This document shows positions 1-11,799 of a stretch of 57,102 nt of DNA, one piece after another. Position 1 is the first letter of the stretch; each line of letters opens with the position of its first letter. This stretch comes from Girardia tigrina (Eukaryota), in assembly GCA_001938485.1 (NCBI GenBank), contig MQRK01238598.1, forward strand, positions 1-57,102, written 5' to 3'. The position numbers and the translations under genes were made by a program. The notes under the pieces are model-generated. The model made no database searches, was not told the DNA's origin, and saw only the letters and a list, made by a program, of their open reading frames with translations.

Positions 1-131
1 ACCGTAACTAAGGTAATCGCGACCGTTGCTATGGTAACCGCGACCGTTGCCGTGGTAACCGCGACCGTTGCTATGGTAATCGCGACCGTTGCCATGGTAA
101 CCACGATAACCTATACCGTTGTCATGGTTAT
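1..131. repeat. 21-bp minisatellite (ACCGTTGCYRTGGTAAYCGCG)n, truncated by the window start
   Basis: Units recur every 21 bp (GTTGC at 25, 46, 67, 88; degenerate copy at 118). The 31..222 ORF is only a translation of this repeat. Confidence 0.95.
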
Positions 132-177
132 GGCTAGGGGGGGGTGTAAGCCGAATGCCCATTTTCCCCCTACTGTA
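132..177. mobile_element. Possible right terminus of a TA-targeting DNA transposon/MITE
   Basis: The GC-rich block ends CCCATTTTCCCCCTACTG|TA (reverse complement TA|CAGTAGGGGGAAAATGGG), then switches abruptly to AT-rich DNA. The other end would lie outside the window. Confidence 0.35.
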
Positions 178-1165
178 TTTAATACGAAAAAATATCAATT
201 TAATATTAAAAAATGCTTTTAAAATACATACGTTTGCAATTTAGCTTTCTAACAAGGAAGAAATTTAAATAACTATGAATAAATATTTTACACTTGGAGT
301 TATGAGTTTTAATATTTATTCGTGTTTAGATTCAATTTCAAGTTCGATAAATAAAATGAAACATCCAATTCATTCTAAAGATTTCAACATTTTTAAATTT
401 AAAAATAAAACCAAATCAAAAGTTCTTTAAAATATATTATCTAGATAGAAGTATAAAAAACTTAAAAATTGGGATTATTTTACGTTCGCTATTATAATTT
501 TCCCGAGGGCACATCTCTCGGCTAACAAAAAAGAAAAAAACGAAAATTAAGAGAATAAAAATAAAAAGATTTTGAAACATTATTATTCAGCAATCTAAAA
601 AATTTATCCAACAGAATAAACCTAACAGTTCCCCTGCTTTAACTATTAGAAGGAACCATTAAAGACTACCATATCAAAACATATTATCAATTAATTATTC
701 GTCCTATCTGATTTTGACTTCCTTCCATAAGCCGGCAATTTAAGATTATATTATTATTATTTCTTGTGTTATATTGTGGAAATACTAGTTAGCTTTCCAA
801 CAGTCAATAAATGAACACATGCCTGTCAGTATCTAGTTTTTTTACTTTATATATATATTTTTAACCAGATCTATTTCACAAAATACTTTAATGATACGAG
901 GGTGAATATTTGAAACCACTTAAATAATAAACACATTAAATATTACGTTTTAGCAGGATGATAGTTTGCTATTTATCAATGGTTATGGAAACTAATTTCA
1001 ACAGAACAATGCAAATTTTTTAAATATTTTTTTTAAATTTTAAAAACGATGGCAATATGAAATCAACATTTATTTTAGTAATTAATTTTGGCGGATTACT
1101 CACCTTCTTTGGACTAACTTGACTTTATTTTTTAAGGCTTTGATATGATTATAAGAAGTGGTTGT

Positions 1166-1280
1166 AGTCAATTGCCGCAGTTTGGTATGCCGGATTTCTC
1201 CATTCTCCGAAGTTAAGCAACCAACGGCCGCATTAGTACTTATATGGGTAACCAATAGGTCAATAGCGAGGTCATTGATT
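1166..1280 (+). pseudogene. 5S rRNA-derived sequence (head of a SINE3-like chimeric retroposon)
   Basis: About 115 nt. A-box-like GAAGTTAAGC (1209-1218) and TTAGTACTTATATGGGTAACC (1233-1253) match the eukaryotic 5S internal control region. Terminal pairing AGTCAAT/ATTGATT corresponds to helix I. Confidence 0.8.
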
Positions 1281-1601
1281 ATAGGTCAGGTCAGGTAAGC
1301 TGTCTGTTACAGGTACCATGTAAACCTGTAATACATGTCCTATGGTCGAATGGTTGGTGACTAAACCGGCTCTCTCACCCAGAGGAACCTGCATGAAGAG
1401 GGTGTATGGACATTCAGAAGGATGAAAAACAAAACCTAGTAAAGAACTGATGGGTTCCTTGGAGCCAACAGCCCTCCATACCTGGAGAGGAGATAGGCAC
1501 CACCAGGTTACTTACCTACTGAGACACTCAAAAATATGCAAACCCAATGTGCATATGCTTGTGCATAATTGAGTGCACCCACGCCCTAAAGCAGCTACGG
1601 C
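1166..1601 (+). mobile_element. Non-autonomous retroposon copy 1: 5S-derived head plus ~320-bp body
   Basis: Body 1283-1601 is colinear with 13612-13935. The whole unit interrupts a Penelope pLTR and has an imperfect flanking duplication (AAGAAGTGGTTG / AAAAAGCCGTTG). Polarity is inferred from the 5S head. Confidence 0.8.
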
Positions 1602-1929
1602 AAAAAAAGCCGTTGATTGTGTAATCAACAATGTCATTAAGGTTCTTTTTGAAAATATTTAACAGATAGGTTTAGTTTGAAGGTTTTAGTATTAATTTTC
1701 GTCTCCATTGACCCACGTTACTCTCTCCCAATAATTTAAAAATTTCATTATAAAAATAATTTTCTTTGATTTTCTTTTTACATTTTGAATCATGTTGACC
1801 TTCATACTGAACCTCTCTGTTAAAAATTTTTTAATGGAACATTTATGTAAAATAAACTTTTTTATAAACTTCTCAATTTTCTATTTGTCTTGTGAATCAT
1901 TAAAATAAGATGAACATCTACTCTTATAC

Positions 1930-2330
1930 GGAATTAAACCCGGTGCTCTTTAGGAGGCTTAGGACGCTGTTGATGGCTTCATACCACTCTTCATCTGTAG
2001 GGATTGACATAGTATAGCTCCGCCAGATAACTGGCATTATTGCAACACCGCTCATTAAGATTGATTCATCGAGAATCATTGCGATGCTAGCTTATCATCG
2101 ACTGTGAGGTTATTAAAGCTAAGCCTTGTAAGTGGATTGCTAGCCCACTGTTAGTACAATATTCTGTCGGCGCATATATGGGTTAGCTTTCAGAAATTTT
2201 AGTCTTGATACGGAATTGAGCCCATTCTATTTTCCAAGGGACACTATGTTGAAGTATGTCTGCTCCGTTCGCACAGTTGATCCCTTAAAAGAAGGTAACT
2301 TATTTCAGATTAACGTTCTCTTATAGATTC
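1930..2330 (-). pseudogene. Degraded 3' part of an RTE-type LINE (tentative)
   Basis: Minus strand gives STVRTEQTYFNIVSLGK (compare PTVSRETYI..IRSGR at ~33200) and a decayed C2H2-like YCTNSGLAIHL. Composition is more GC-rich than the flanks. Confidence 0.35.
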
Positions 2331-3239
2331 AGCACATAATTTTTTCCATTGTTTTTTTTCTTTTTTCCTTGATGTATTTTATTAATACTAAATGACAAAT
2401 ATAATATTTGGACGTATATAAATTTCTCATTTTATTGAATCATATTTGACAAAAGATAAACCGATATAATATGATATAAGTAACAACAATGACATTAATA
2501 ATGATAGTTTCTGTTAATACTTCAATATTATCACGATTAATGAAAAATATAACAATTAATTATTTTTATTTTTGTATTAATAAATTCAAAAACGGACAAG
2601 TTATAAATTTTATTAAAAATAGTTCTACACAAAAAATAAACATTTTTTTTAATCTTAGAAAATCGGAAATCATTAAATTTTGGTTTTATTAATCACAAAA
2701 TTAATTATATCAATTTTATTGATTACAATTTCCGGAAAAAATGAACTTTGAAATAAAAACGGATTAAAAAAATAATTATTTTAGAATTATAATGTCAATT
2801 TGCTAAAATAAGTTTTAAAAGGAACAATTTGAAATAATAAAAATATTTTGTGATACAAATAAAGTGTAAAATTTTTGAATATTTTTTATTTAATATTTCA
2901 AATAATTTGGTGTAAATTTTAAAAATATTTTAGTTTGTAAAGTTGTGAAACCTAAATGAAAGTACGTCAAATATACCGATTATATGTTTACATATATTCT
3001 ATGCAGTCAGCTCTCTCTTATTCTACAAATTTTGTACATATAAATGACAAAAGGATTTGTGAAAAAATCCAAAAAATGGCAATGAAAATTTATTATTTTC
3101 TTTCAACCCTTTCAATATGACTTCAGACCAGTGAAGATAGTTCTGTAAAATTTAACTAAAGGTGCTGTAAATAAGTAAAGGAACATGTTTATCTCATTTA
3201 AGATTTTTAAAAAATATGGTTTTTGAAAAAAATGCCTTG

Positions 3240-3355
3240 GAACATATATGTTCCTGCAGTAGTTTTATTATGGGATTTTCACACTAGAAATTTTGTACAT
3301 TCTCTGGGACTTATAAATCCCTGCAGTATTAAAAGAGAGAAACTTGGTATGGGTG
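3240..3355 (-). pseudogene. Remnant of an APE-type LINE endonuclease N-terminus
   Basis: KFLSFNTAGI, then after a frameshift IIKLLQEH, matching the (W/F)NxxG ... LQE motifs of APE/EEP domains. Confidence 0.4.
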
Positions 3356-3524
3356 ACTTAATGAGTTTCTTGTAACGTTACAGCTTATTCGCTTTCTTAT
3401 TGAAAGAATATAAATTATATCAATCAATATTTTCATTTTCTTTCACAAATAACATAACTTCAATGTACCAATCAACCTCACCAGCAGAAATATATTCCTT
3501 TTTTTAAATTCTAACTTTTGATTA

Positions 3525-3715
3525 CCGTAATTTCCGTATTATAAGCCGCATATTACCTGCTTTTCCCAAAAAAACATTATAAGCTATGACATTATATAAA
3601 AAAAACATTATAAACATTATAAAAACGTATAAGCCGCAACAGACTTTAAGCCGAAACTCTTAAATTATGACTCATTTCAGGTTTTTAAGTGCGGCTTATA
3701 GTCCGGAATTTACGG
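3525..3715. mobile_element. pogo/Tigger-like MITE (191 bp)
   Basis: TIRs CCGTAATTTCCGTATTATAAGCCGCA ... TGCGGCTTATAGTCCGGAATTTACGG, flanked by TA on both sides. Internal repeat of TATAAGCCG. Confidence 0.9.
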
Positions 3716-4039
3716 TATTTCTTAATATTATTTATTGATATTTATTAATGATATTTATTGATTTTAACTTCATTATTTTCTTCATTATTATCACTATTAA
3801 GAACACTAATATGATTTCCAATACATATATTGACATCAAAACTCGAATATCCTCCAGGACCATAAAGCTTCTCTAGTAAAACATTTTTCTTGATTGGTAG
3901 TTTTTTAATTCTGTTTATAGACCTCAAACTATTCGAACAAATTTAAATTAAAATTCCTTAATGTTGTGATTATGTGAAAGGAAAAATAAAAAAAATATAT
4001 TAACACTAAAACAATTAACAATTGTTTTAATTATACAAT

Positions 4040-4345
4040 TGTAACAAGGGATTTTTTTAATAAAATAAATCCATTCGAACTCGAAGTATAAATCGTCGAA
4101 CAACTCTGATTATATTTCGTCTCGCTCGGTCCAACAAGACAGCGATTCGACTTCACCCATCAAATCGGTCCGATCGAGTACTCGACCCGATGGCGCACTG
4201 CTGGTCAACATGACCCCGCCAGTTGGACTCGGGGGTATCATTCATTTGGATTGACTACACTGTCCGATCATCCTTGTCGGGCAGAATCTGCTCGCACAAT
4301 AAATGGTCACCGGTTGCAACTCGATCCGGTGGCCGGCACCTCACT
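4040..4345 (-). repeat. GC-rich structured, LTR-like repeat (copy B; homologous to 38557-38953)
   Basis: Minus strand shares, in order, GCCGGCYACC, GCGRGC, TCGGA..AGTG, ACCAGCAGTG, GGTCGA, AGTCGAATCG and GACGAAAT with copy A. It ends ATTAAA...TGTTACA. Confidence 0.7.
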
Positions 4346-6499
4346 AAAATAGTTTTTAAATTATTTTCAAAAAGATTTTAAGCATTTTGTTTAAAATAGT
4401 AGTATTTATTTATTGATTTAAATATTTTAATTTAATTTTAAAATGGTTTAAATTTACATGTTATTTATTATTTACATATTTTACGTTAATATGTAGATGA
4501 CGTGTTCTTGATTTTTGAAAATATAAGTGATATAGATAAATTCTTAAGATTTATGAATAAACTTCATCTAAACATGAGATTTACTTGTGAAATCGAATCA
4601 GTAAGCAAGTGGATGTAATAATTGAAAGAAAATCGAATGGCTATTGTTAGTGACTTTTTTGCGTTCATAAAAGTTATGAATTTGAAATTCAATCAATTTA
4701 ATAATTCTATAATTACATTTCGAAAATTAGATTTACAGATTATGGTAAAATGAGATTTTTATAAAATAGCGTAAAAAAGCATATAAATAGCATATAAAAT
4801 TAATTTTTAATGTTTAACATAAAGCCAATAAATAGATTTATTAATAAAGTAAACCATAATTTTATATGAAACGTAAAATTTAATGTGAACACTAATAAAT
4901 AAACTAGAAAATTATTTTGTAACGTTTAGGTAAATATTAAACAAATCAAAAATGATATTGATTCATAAATTTTAAATTAAAATATAATTGCATTAAGACC
5001 AAATGAAAATAAAACTTTCATTAAAAAAAGAATTAAATGAAAACAATTGGTAAAAAGAATTTTCGATTTTTTAAGAAATACAGCTTAGTTTTATTTTTAA
5101 AAGTGTATTTTCACCGAAATTAAAAGGTAATTTACAAATTGTTTAATTGAACCAAAAACGTAATTATTATTGAAAATATAATTTTATTTTATGTAAAAAA
5201 AGGGAAATTTAAAAGTTGTTAAATCAAACGAAAATTGTGATTTTAATTTTATTTTTCCAAATCTAAAAATAACTTTTAAACGATTATGAAAACGAAATGA
5301 AAATCGTATTTTATAGAATGAGGAAATTTAATTGAGAAACGGTTAAATTTAAATGTATAATAAATTGGAAATCTAATAAAAGATGCAACAAAATATTTGT
5401 GACAAAATTTTAATAAACTCTTTAATGTTAAAAAAATATAAAATTTAAATTCTTAAGAAATGAAATTACAATATCTATATTTATTTCTATTTTTATTTAT
5501 AATGGTTTGTGTAAAAAGAATGTGCAAAAGTTCCTCGAAAATATTGGTTTAAAAAACTTGAATTGTGTTAGAAATAAAGTTTGCGTTAATGACTTCTTCT
5601 CTTGATCCCAATAGCTATAAAACTGAAGTATTTTGAAAGAGTACGGACAAGGGCAATTATACAATATTCCTATAAGTTTGTGTGATCCTCAGTACAAAAA
5701 AATCGATTAATTCACAGAATTTTCATAAAAGTAACAACTACTCTCATAAAAATAGTTATAATTTTAAAATAAAATAATAACTAAATTTCAATAATAGAAT
5801 TATGTGAATTATTAATAATGATGTTATTGTAATTAATTTTAATAATTAAATATTTAAATTCACTCTACTCTCTAGAGTATGTGTTATAAATATCTATGAA
5901 GACATTTAATACGACTTTTTTGTAAATTTCCAGTTATATATAAAATTAAAATGACGAACAGAAATAATCAGGTAAAGTAGAAAAAAGAAAAGAATTAAAA
6001 AGAAGTAAGAAATTCCTACGTTTTTTTCTACTTCACGATTTGATGTATTTAAAGCATTTATTGAGAACAACATTAATTTATTTTAAAAAAAACAATAATT
6101 TTATTTATAAAATCTACTCCTCCTTTTTATCAATCTTTAATTTTTATTTACAAACAAATTTTATGACTAGAACAAGATAAATTATTTGTTTTAATACTTA
6201 TTTTAAATATTACATTATGTTTGAATTTCTACATTGAACATCTGTTACTATTGCAAATTGAAAGTCTGCAGTCTGATTGACAAATAGAGGGAATCTGATA
6301 AAACTAAGATGCTTTTTTAAATAGATTTAGGAATAGAATTAATCATTTTTACCACGTTTTTCGCTTCTCAAAAATGGACTTAAAAAGAAAAATAAGTCTT
6401 TCTTCTGGCCATGTGGAAATTCTTAAACAAAAAACGTGGCGCAAATTTCCAAATCATCAATTGCTGATGTAGAATTTTAATATTAAGGAAAGTGATACA

Positions 6500-6585
6500 A
6501 AAATGAATTTCTCATTGTATTCGATGGTAGTAGTCAATAGTTTCTTTTGTGCTCCACGCATTCGACACGTTAACCTAACACCACT
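6500..6585 (-). pseudogene. Decayed CCHC zinc-knuckle of a non-LTR retrotransposon (tentative)
   Basis: TCRMRGAQ, then after a frameshift ETIDY, resembling CRxCGxxxETxxH. Confidence 0.3.
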
Positions 6586-7889
6586 TTACTAATTTATGCG
6601 TATATATTGTGCTACGAAACATTAAACAATCATATCATGACATAATTGTTGTGAAAATTAATTGAAAAATGAAATGGGCATCTTCAAATATTTCTTTGTG
6701 GAATAGTTAAAATTTTAGTTTTTAACCTGTTAAGCGTGCTGATATTGTTGGACATTGTGATACTTCATTTCGGATAAATTGGTTGTAATAGACTTCAATT
6801 TTTTTGTGTACGTATGTCTATTGTTATTTTAATTTTTTTCATGTAAACATTTTATTGTTTTTTTGTAAGTCAAGAAACGAGTGTAATGGTGACGACTTCG
6901 TAGGAGAAGTTTTATACACCCCTTTCAACTAGCCTAAGTGACACCAAGATTAGACTGAAAGTAACTTTGATGTTTCACGATTTATTAGAACATTGTCTTT
7001 ACTGTGAGAAATTCGAATGCCGCATAAAAAGTTATGATTGCTATGTGACGATCTTGTTTAATGTTTGTCAATTTGATAATGATGGGACTTGATTTTACAC
7101 GGTTATTCATGGATATCAAAATTTCAATATCATGTGCAAGTTTGACTGAAACAGATACGTTTCAAGTTACAGAGGCTATTACGTTTTTCCGTCTATTATT
7201 ATTAGCCCTGTCGAAATGGGAATTAGACGCGTCGAGTTGGATATTATCATTAGTGTTTTTATTATTATCAGTTGTACAATTGTTTGGCGAATCTCATCGC
7301 TTTTCAGGATTAATAACTGTTAATAATTAATGAATTAATGGGATCGATTGACTATCATTAATTAATTAATGACTATACAAATTATGAACTTATAAGACAT
7401 TACTTATCGTGTGGATGTTTTGCTTATCATGTATCCAAATGTTGTTCTTCCCATATTAAAGTTGGTCATGGAGTTTCGTTTTACTTATTTTTAACTATTG
7501 TTTTTTTTATTTCGTTGATAAGAAACTAAATTAAATCAAATTCGTGGGGATTTTTTGGTTTGATCTAGTTCGATATTGTTGGATTATCATTTTATAGTAA
7601 AAATAGAAGATTACATAGACAATTTGTGTAATCCTCTATTTTTACAGACATCATAGTATTAAGGTTTGTGGTTGTGTTGACACTAACAAAAATAATAACT
7701 TAAAAAAAACAGTTGTTTAAATATTACAATTTTTAAATGTGAAATTTTGAATTAAATAAATATGGAGTGATGTTTCAAATAAAAGAAAACGTTTGACGAT
7801 TGTTGCCATGAAAATCTTATTTTTTTCCTAATCACACCACAATATAAACAAAAAATGAATCAAATTGCGTCAATCGATACCGAATAATA

Positions 7890-8190
7890 TCTGCGTCACT
7901 GGCGGAACCATGCGACGCCGGCATCTCTCCACACGCGGCACACTATCGGCATGCGTTACCCCATCAACTAAACCGCCTGGTGTCGTGAGAACAGATTGAG
8001 GAGACCGCTCCATGGTTCCAAGCGGAACTCACCGTCCCAGATTCGGCGGTGCACGATGGAGTACTGGCGCGAACCGGCCGCAGTACCCACCCAAAGCGAC
8101 CCGCCAAACGACGGGCTTTGGATATGCGAGGATAACGACCTGCTGCGAAGCGGTCGATTTCTCTTTCCCGTCGGTGAACCTCTGCACAAA
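7890..8190 (+). pseudogene. GC-rich fragment of an RLE-type non-LTR retrotransposon (region between RT and zinc knuckle)
   Basis: YWREP...NDGLWICEDNDLLRSGRFLF resembles the W..SN.W....SGR.F segment that precedes the CCHC in R2/NeSL-like ORFs. Sharp GC island. Confidence 0.4.
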
Positions 8191-9310
8191 TAATATGTGT
8201 TTCTGTCATGGGAAGAGGACAGACTTGCTGATTTATTTCAGATCTTTAACTGCAGATTTAAACAAGTCTTCGGGAGTGTTCTTGGATTTTCGTGTACAGT
8301 CAACATCCAAGTAACAGTATCCTTCTCCGTCTTTAACTATTGGAATGTTAGTGTCATAAATATTGGTGTTCTTAGAAGAAGAAAGTACAGATAGATAACC
8401 ACACTTACTGGGGTTGAACTTCATCGAAATCTAAGAGACAATTCCGTTGCCTTTGTTTGCACTCATTGGTTTTTGAAATGAATGCAAGTTCGTCGGCGTA
8501 TGCAAGTCGAGTTATGCATCCCACTTTGCTTTTTGATACCGAATCGTTCATTTTCATGAAGTATTGTCAGAATAGGATCGATTACTATGCTGAAAAACAA
8601 CATCAAAAGTGGGCACCCCTGTTGAAACCCCGCTTGATTTTTATGTTCTCAAATATGCAGTCATTGCCTAATTACACTAACGCACAATCTGAGTATAAAT
8701 TACGTAAAATGGAGCTCGAAAATTCGTCAACTGCTTTACGTGACAGTATGCTCAATATTTGTTTAATAGGTATACTACCAAATGCATCCTTCAAATCTAG
8801 GAATTCAATGTAGAAATCAGTATTGTCCTCAAATAGAGTGCGCATAACATTGTTTGGTTCTACACATCCGTCACTGTTTAGGTATCATCACTGTAAGAAA
8901 TTTCTTTCATTCATTCTCAATAATTCCCGTAGTAATGATCATATTAAAGAAGAATGCATTAAACTGCCAGTCTGGGTCCCTATAATCAATGTCTGAATAA
9001 GTTATGTTGGAAATTCCTGGGCTGGTTTCTTTTGTTTCCTTGAGAACTGCAGCCACCTCTTCTGAAGATGTTTGCCTAAATCTAAAGGTTGGTCCACAGT
9101 TAATATTTGGAGATCTGGACCAATCTGTTATTGGCGGTTCTCCAGATTTCGATTCTACGTATTTAGTTAAATTTTCGATAGATAATTCACAATTCACACT
9201 GGAATCATTTAATATAAATTCTATAGCTTTTTTGCTTGACTTTGTAATAATCTCTTATTTTTTTATCTTTCCTATTCCTAATTTTATTAAGTTTTTTTTA
9301 CCAGCGTGAA
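8190..9310 (-). pseudogene. Reverse transcriptase pseudogene of an RLE-type (NeSL/R4/HERO-like) non-LTR retrotransposon
   Basis: Ordered motifs on the minus strand: SPGISNITY, FLDLKDAFGSIP, GFQQGCP, AYADELAF, MKFNPSKCGYL, YCYL. Multiple stops and frameshifts. Confidence 0.85.
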
Positions 9311-10328
9311 GGTTTTTTGTGGTTTTTGTTCTAGTTTTTAGTATATAGCTCTATATACAAAAAATAAACCAACAAATTCAAATAATCTCCGCATATACAT
9401 AATCAAAATGCGTTTAAACTATATTCAATTATAATAAAATTTTTGATTGTAATTTAACATTTTAAACATTTTTACAATTAATTTTCAATCAATCCATTAT
9501 TAATCATTTTTATAAATAAATATATTTTAAAATTACTAATTCAATTTCTTTTTGTACAAATTCAAATTAAAACTTTAAAAATTTTTTTAATTAAAATATT
9601 TTTTATAATCCAGAACAAATATTGTTTAGAATATAGAATATAATTATAGTTTCTTTAAAATAGTTTCTTATTTATTTTTAATTGTTTTGTTCTATTATGG
9701 ATAAATAAATTTTTTATAAGTTATTTTAAAAATTAAAAATATTACTAGAAAAAACAATTAAAATAGCTTAAATTTGTACAAGAGGAATTTCAAATTATCA
9801 TAATTAATTTAATTATTATTTTTGAAAATTCCCGAATTATAATTATTTTAATGAAATAAAATAATTTTTCAAAAGCTGATTTTTTTATTAATTAGTTTTG
9901 TTTTGAATTTATTATCTGAAACTGCCTTAATATTAAATAATAAAAATGTTTAATATTATTAATATAAAAGTTTAATAAATAGAATTGTCTTTTCTTAGTT
10001 TATTAATGTATGGATATTGTAAAGAAAGCTAAGGTTACTAATATGATCTCAGAGCTTTCTTTGTCATCAGAATATAATAAAACTAAAATACTAATTCGAT
10101 TAATAGTATTTATTAATTAGAAAAACTAAGAAAGTAAGAAAAAAGAGAGAATATCTGGATCAAAGTATAAAAAAATGAAATTTAGAGTAACTTGGAATAA
10201 CTCAGTCAATATAAGCAACAGTTGAATTATTACTATTTTTGAAATAATAATCTCACGGTATCTGTATAATGTAAATTATGATCGCTTTTTGACTTCCGAA
10301 GATTGAATAAATTTTGATTTCAAAAATC

Positions 10329-11507
10329 CAGTAGCGTCGCTAGGCAGGTGCGGGGATGCGAACCGCCCCGGGTGACACAATTTCAGAGGGTGTCCCCAAA
10401 TGAAAAATATATCGCGGATATAACCCTGTATAAATAACCCCACTTTATGCTAAGGTTAACTAAAAACACAGGTTATTCGGAGTCCTGACGTCAGTTTCCT
10501 GTTTAGAAATATTATTACGTCATTTCATGTTACAATCAATCTTACCCAGCAGTACCTGCAGACTAAAGGCTTAACAAAGTGGTGACTAAGTTAGAGGCCT
10601 TAAGATTGTTTCTGCACGAGAAGCGCAGTTACTTAGTTGAGGACGCAATTGAATATGCACTTTCAAAATCAGACCATTATGGAATTTCGACTGAAAGAAG
10701 ATTAAAGTTCAAGAAGAGAATGGCGGAGGAACAGCTGAGAGACGTTGGACTCTCTCTGCGAGAAGAAAACAGTAGGGAAATGCTAGAGTGTCTGAACTCC
10801 AGATGAGATCAAAAGTTATCAAGGAAGTAGCAGATGTGTTTGCCGCTGTTCAACCCAAGAGTCTACTATCGGCAAATCAAGAGGAGTTACTGGTGTCCGT
10901 TTCAAAATTTACCTCTTTCTATGACGAGTTATCTGGAGATGAGCTTTTAAAAGAAATACCAAGGATTAGAAGGCACCTGAAAGCAGCTGACATTAATCTC
11001 CACAAAGTAATGGACTGGTCATTGCTTGATGTTTGTAATTTATAGCTGCATGTGACTTCCTAGATTCTCTTCCAATACTGTCTCTAAGCCTTCAATTATT
11101 TCTTACGACTTGTGTGTCTGTGACTTCATATGAACGGATCTTTTCAAAACTAAAGCTGACAATGAACTGCTTACGATCCACCATGAGACAGTCAAGGTTA
11201 TCTGGTCAGGCTCTATTATCAATTGAAAATGAGATGGTGAAGGATATAGACTTTGATGAAGTTATTGACAAGTTTGCAGCTCTGACGAAAAGGAAATGAC
11301 AATTTTTAAAATCAAGAAAAAGGTTGTTACAGTTCTTTAATACTTGTGCCCGTTGACGGCTGACCTGCAGTGACTGTGAACTTGTATTTTAGTTCTTGTA
11401 ATTTTGATACTTTGACTTATTACATGGCGAATTAATCAGAATAAATCTGGAGGGGTGACACAGTGACTTTACCGCACTGGATGACACGAACCCTAGCGAC
11501 GTCACAG
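10329..11507 (+). mobile_element. hAT DNA transposon, internally deleted
   Basis: TIRs CAGTAGCGTCGCTAGG / CCTAGCGACGTCACAG. Perfect 8-bp TSD CAAAAATC (10321-10328 and 11508-11515). Subterminal GGGTGACAC repeats. Confidence 0.95.
10560..11299 (+). pseudogene. hAT transposase C-terminal half with hATC dimerisation domain
   Basis: SVTSYERIFSKLKLTMNCLRSTMRQSRLSGQALLSIENEMVKDIDFDEVIDKFA is a classic hATC domain. Split over three ORFs by frameshifts and stops. Confidence 0.9.
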
Positions 11508-11799
11508 CAAAAATCCAAAATTAAGTTAGAAATTTTGGGAGATTTCTGGATAAAATTGACGACTATTTTTTTGGCTCAGTAAAAAAATAAAGCTCAGTAT
11601 TTTTTCAATTGATTTCTCAGTGTTTTAAATAGAACACATAGAAAAAAAATCAACTTATCAGCATTAAGATTTCAGTATCTTAAGTTTCAGTATTTATTTA
11701 AAAAAAATTAACTCAGTTAATAAAAATTATTAAATTTAAATTAGTTATATTTAAAGAAAATCGATAAATCTTTTGTAATGGCTTCAAATAATATTCCTC

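Larger units (their letters stand above)
1062..1820 (-). mobile_element. Decayed Penelope-like element 3' end (pLTR plus end of GIY-YIG region), interrupted by the 1166-1601 insertion
   Basis: 1062-1160 aligns with 53508-53600 (GTAATTAATTTTGGCGGATTAC vs GTAATTAATTTCGGCGGATTAC). 1610-1800 continues the alignment with 53600-53805 (CACGTTACTCTCT, GATTTTCTTTTTACATTTT). Confidence 0.8.

Noticed and set aside
31-222. 63-aa ORF MVTATVAVV...
   Set aside because: Translation of the 21-bp minisatellite; no coding evidence.
1447-1470. CTGATGG/CAGATGAG plus hairpin as a hammerhead in the retroposon body
   Set aside because: The hairpin is followed by CAAC, not GAAA, in both copies. An HDV-like fold could not be completed either.
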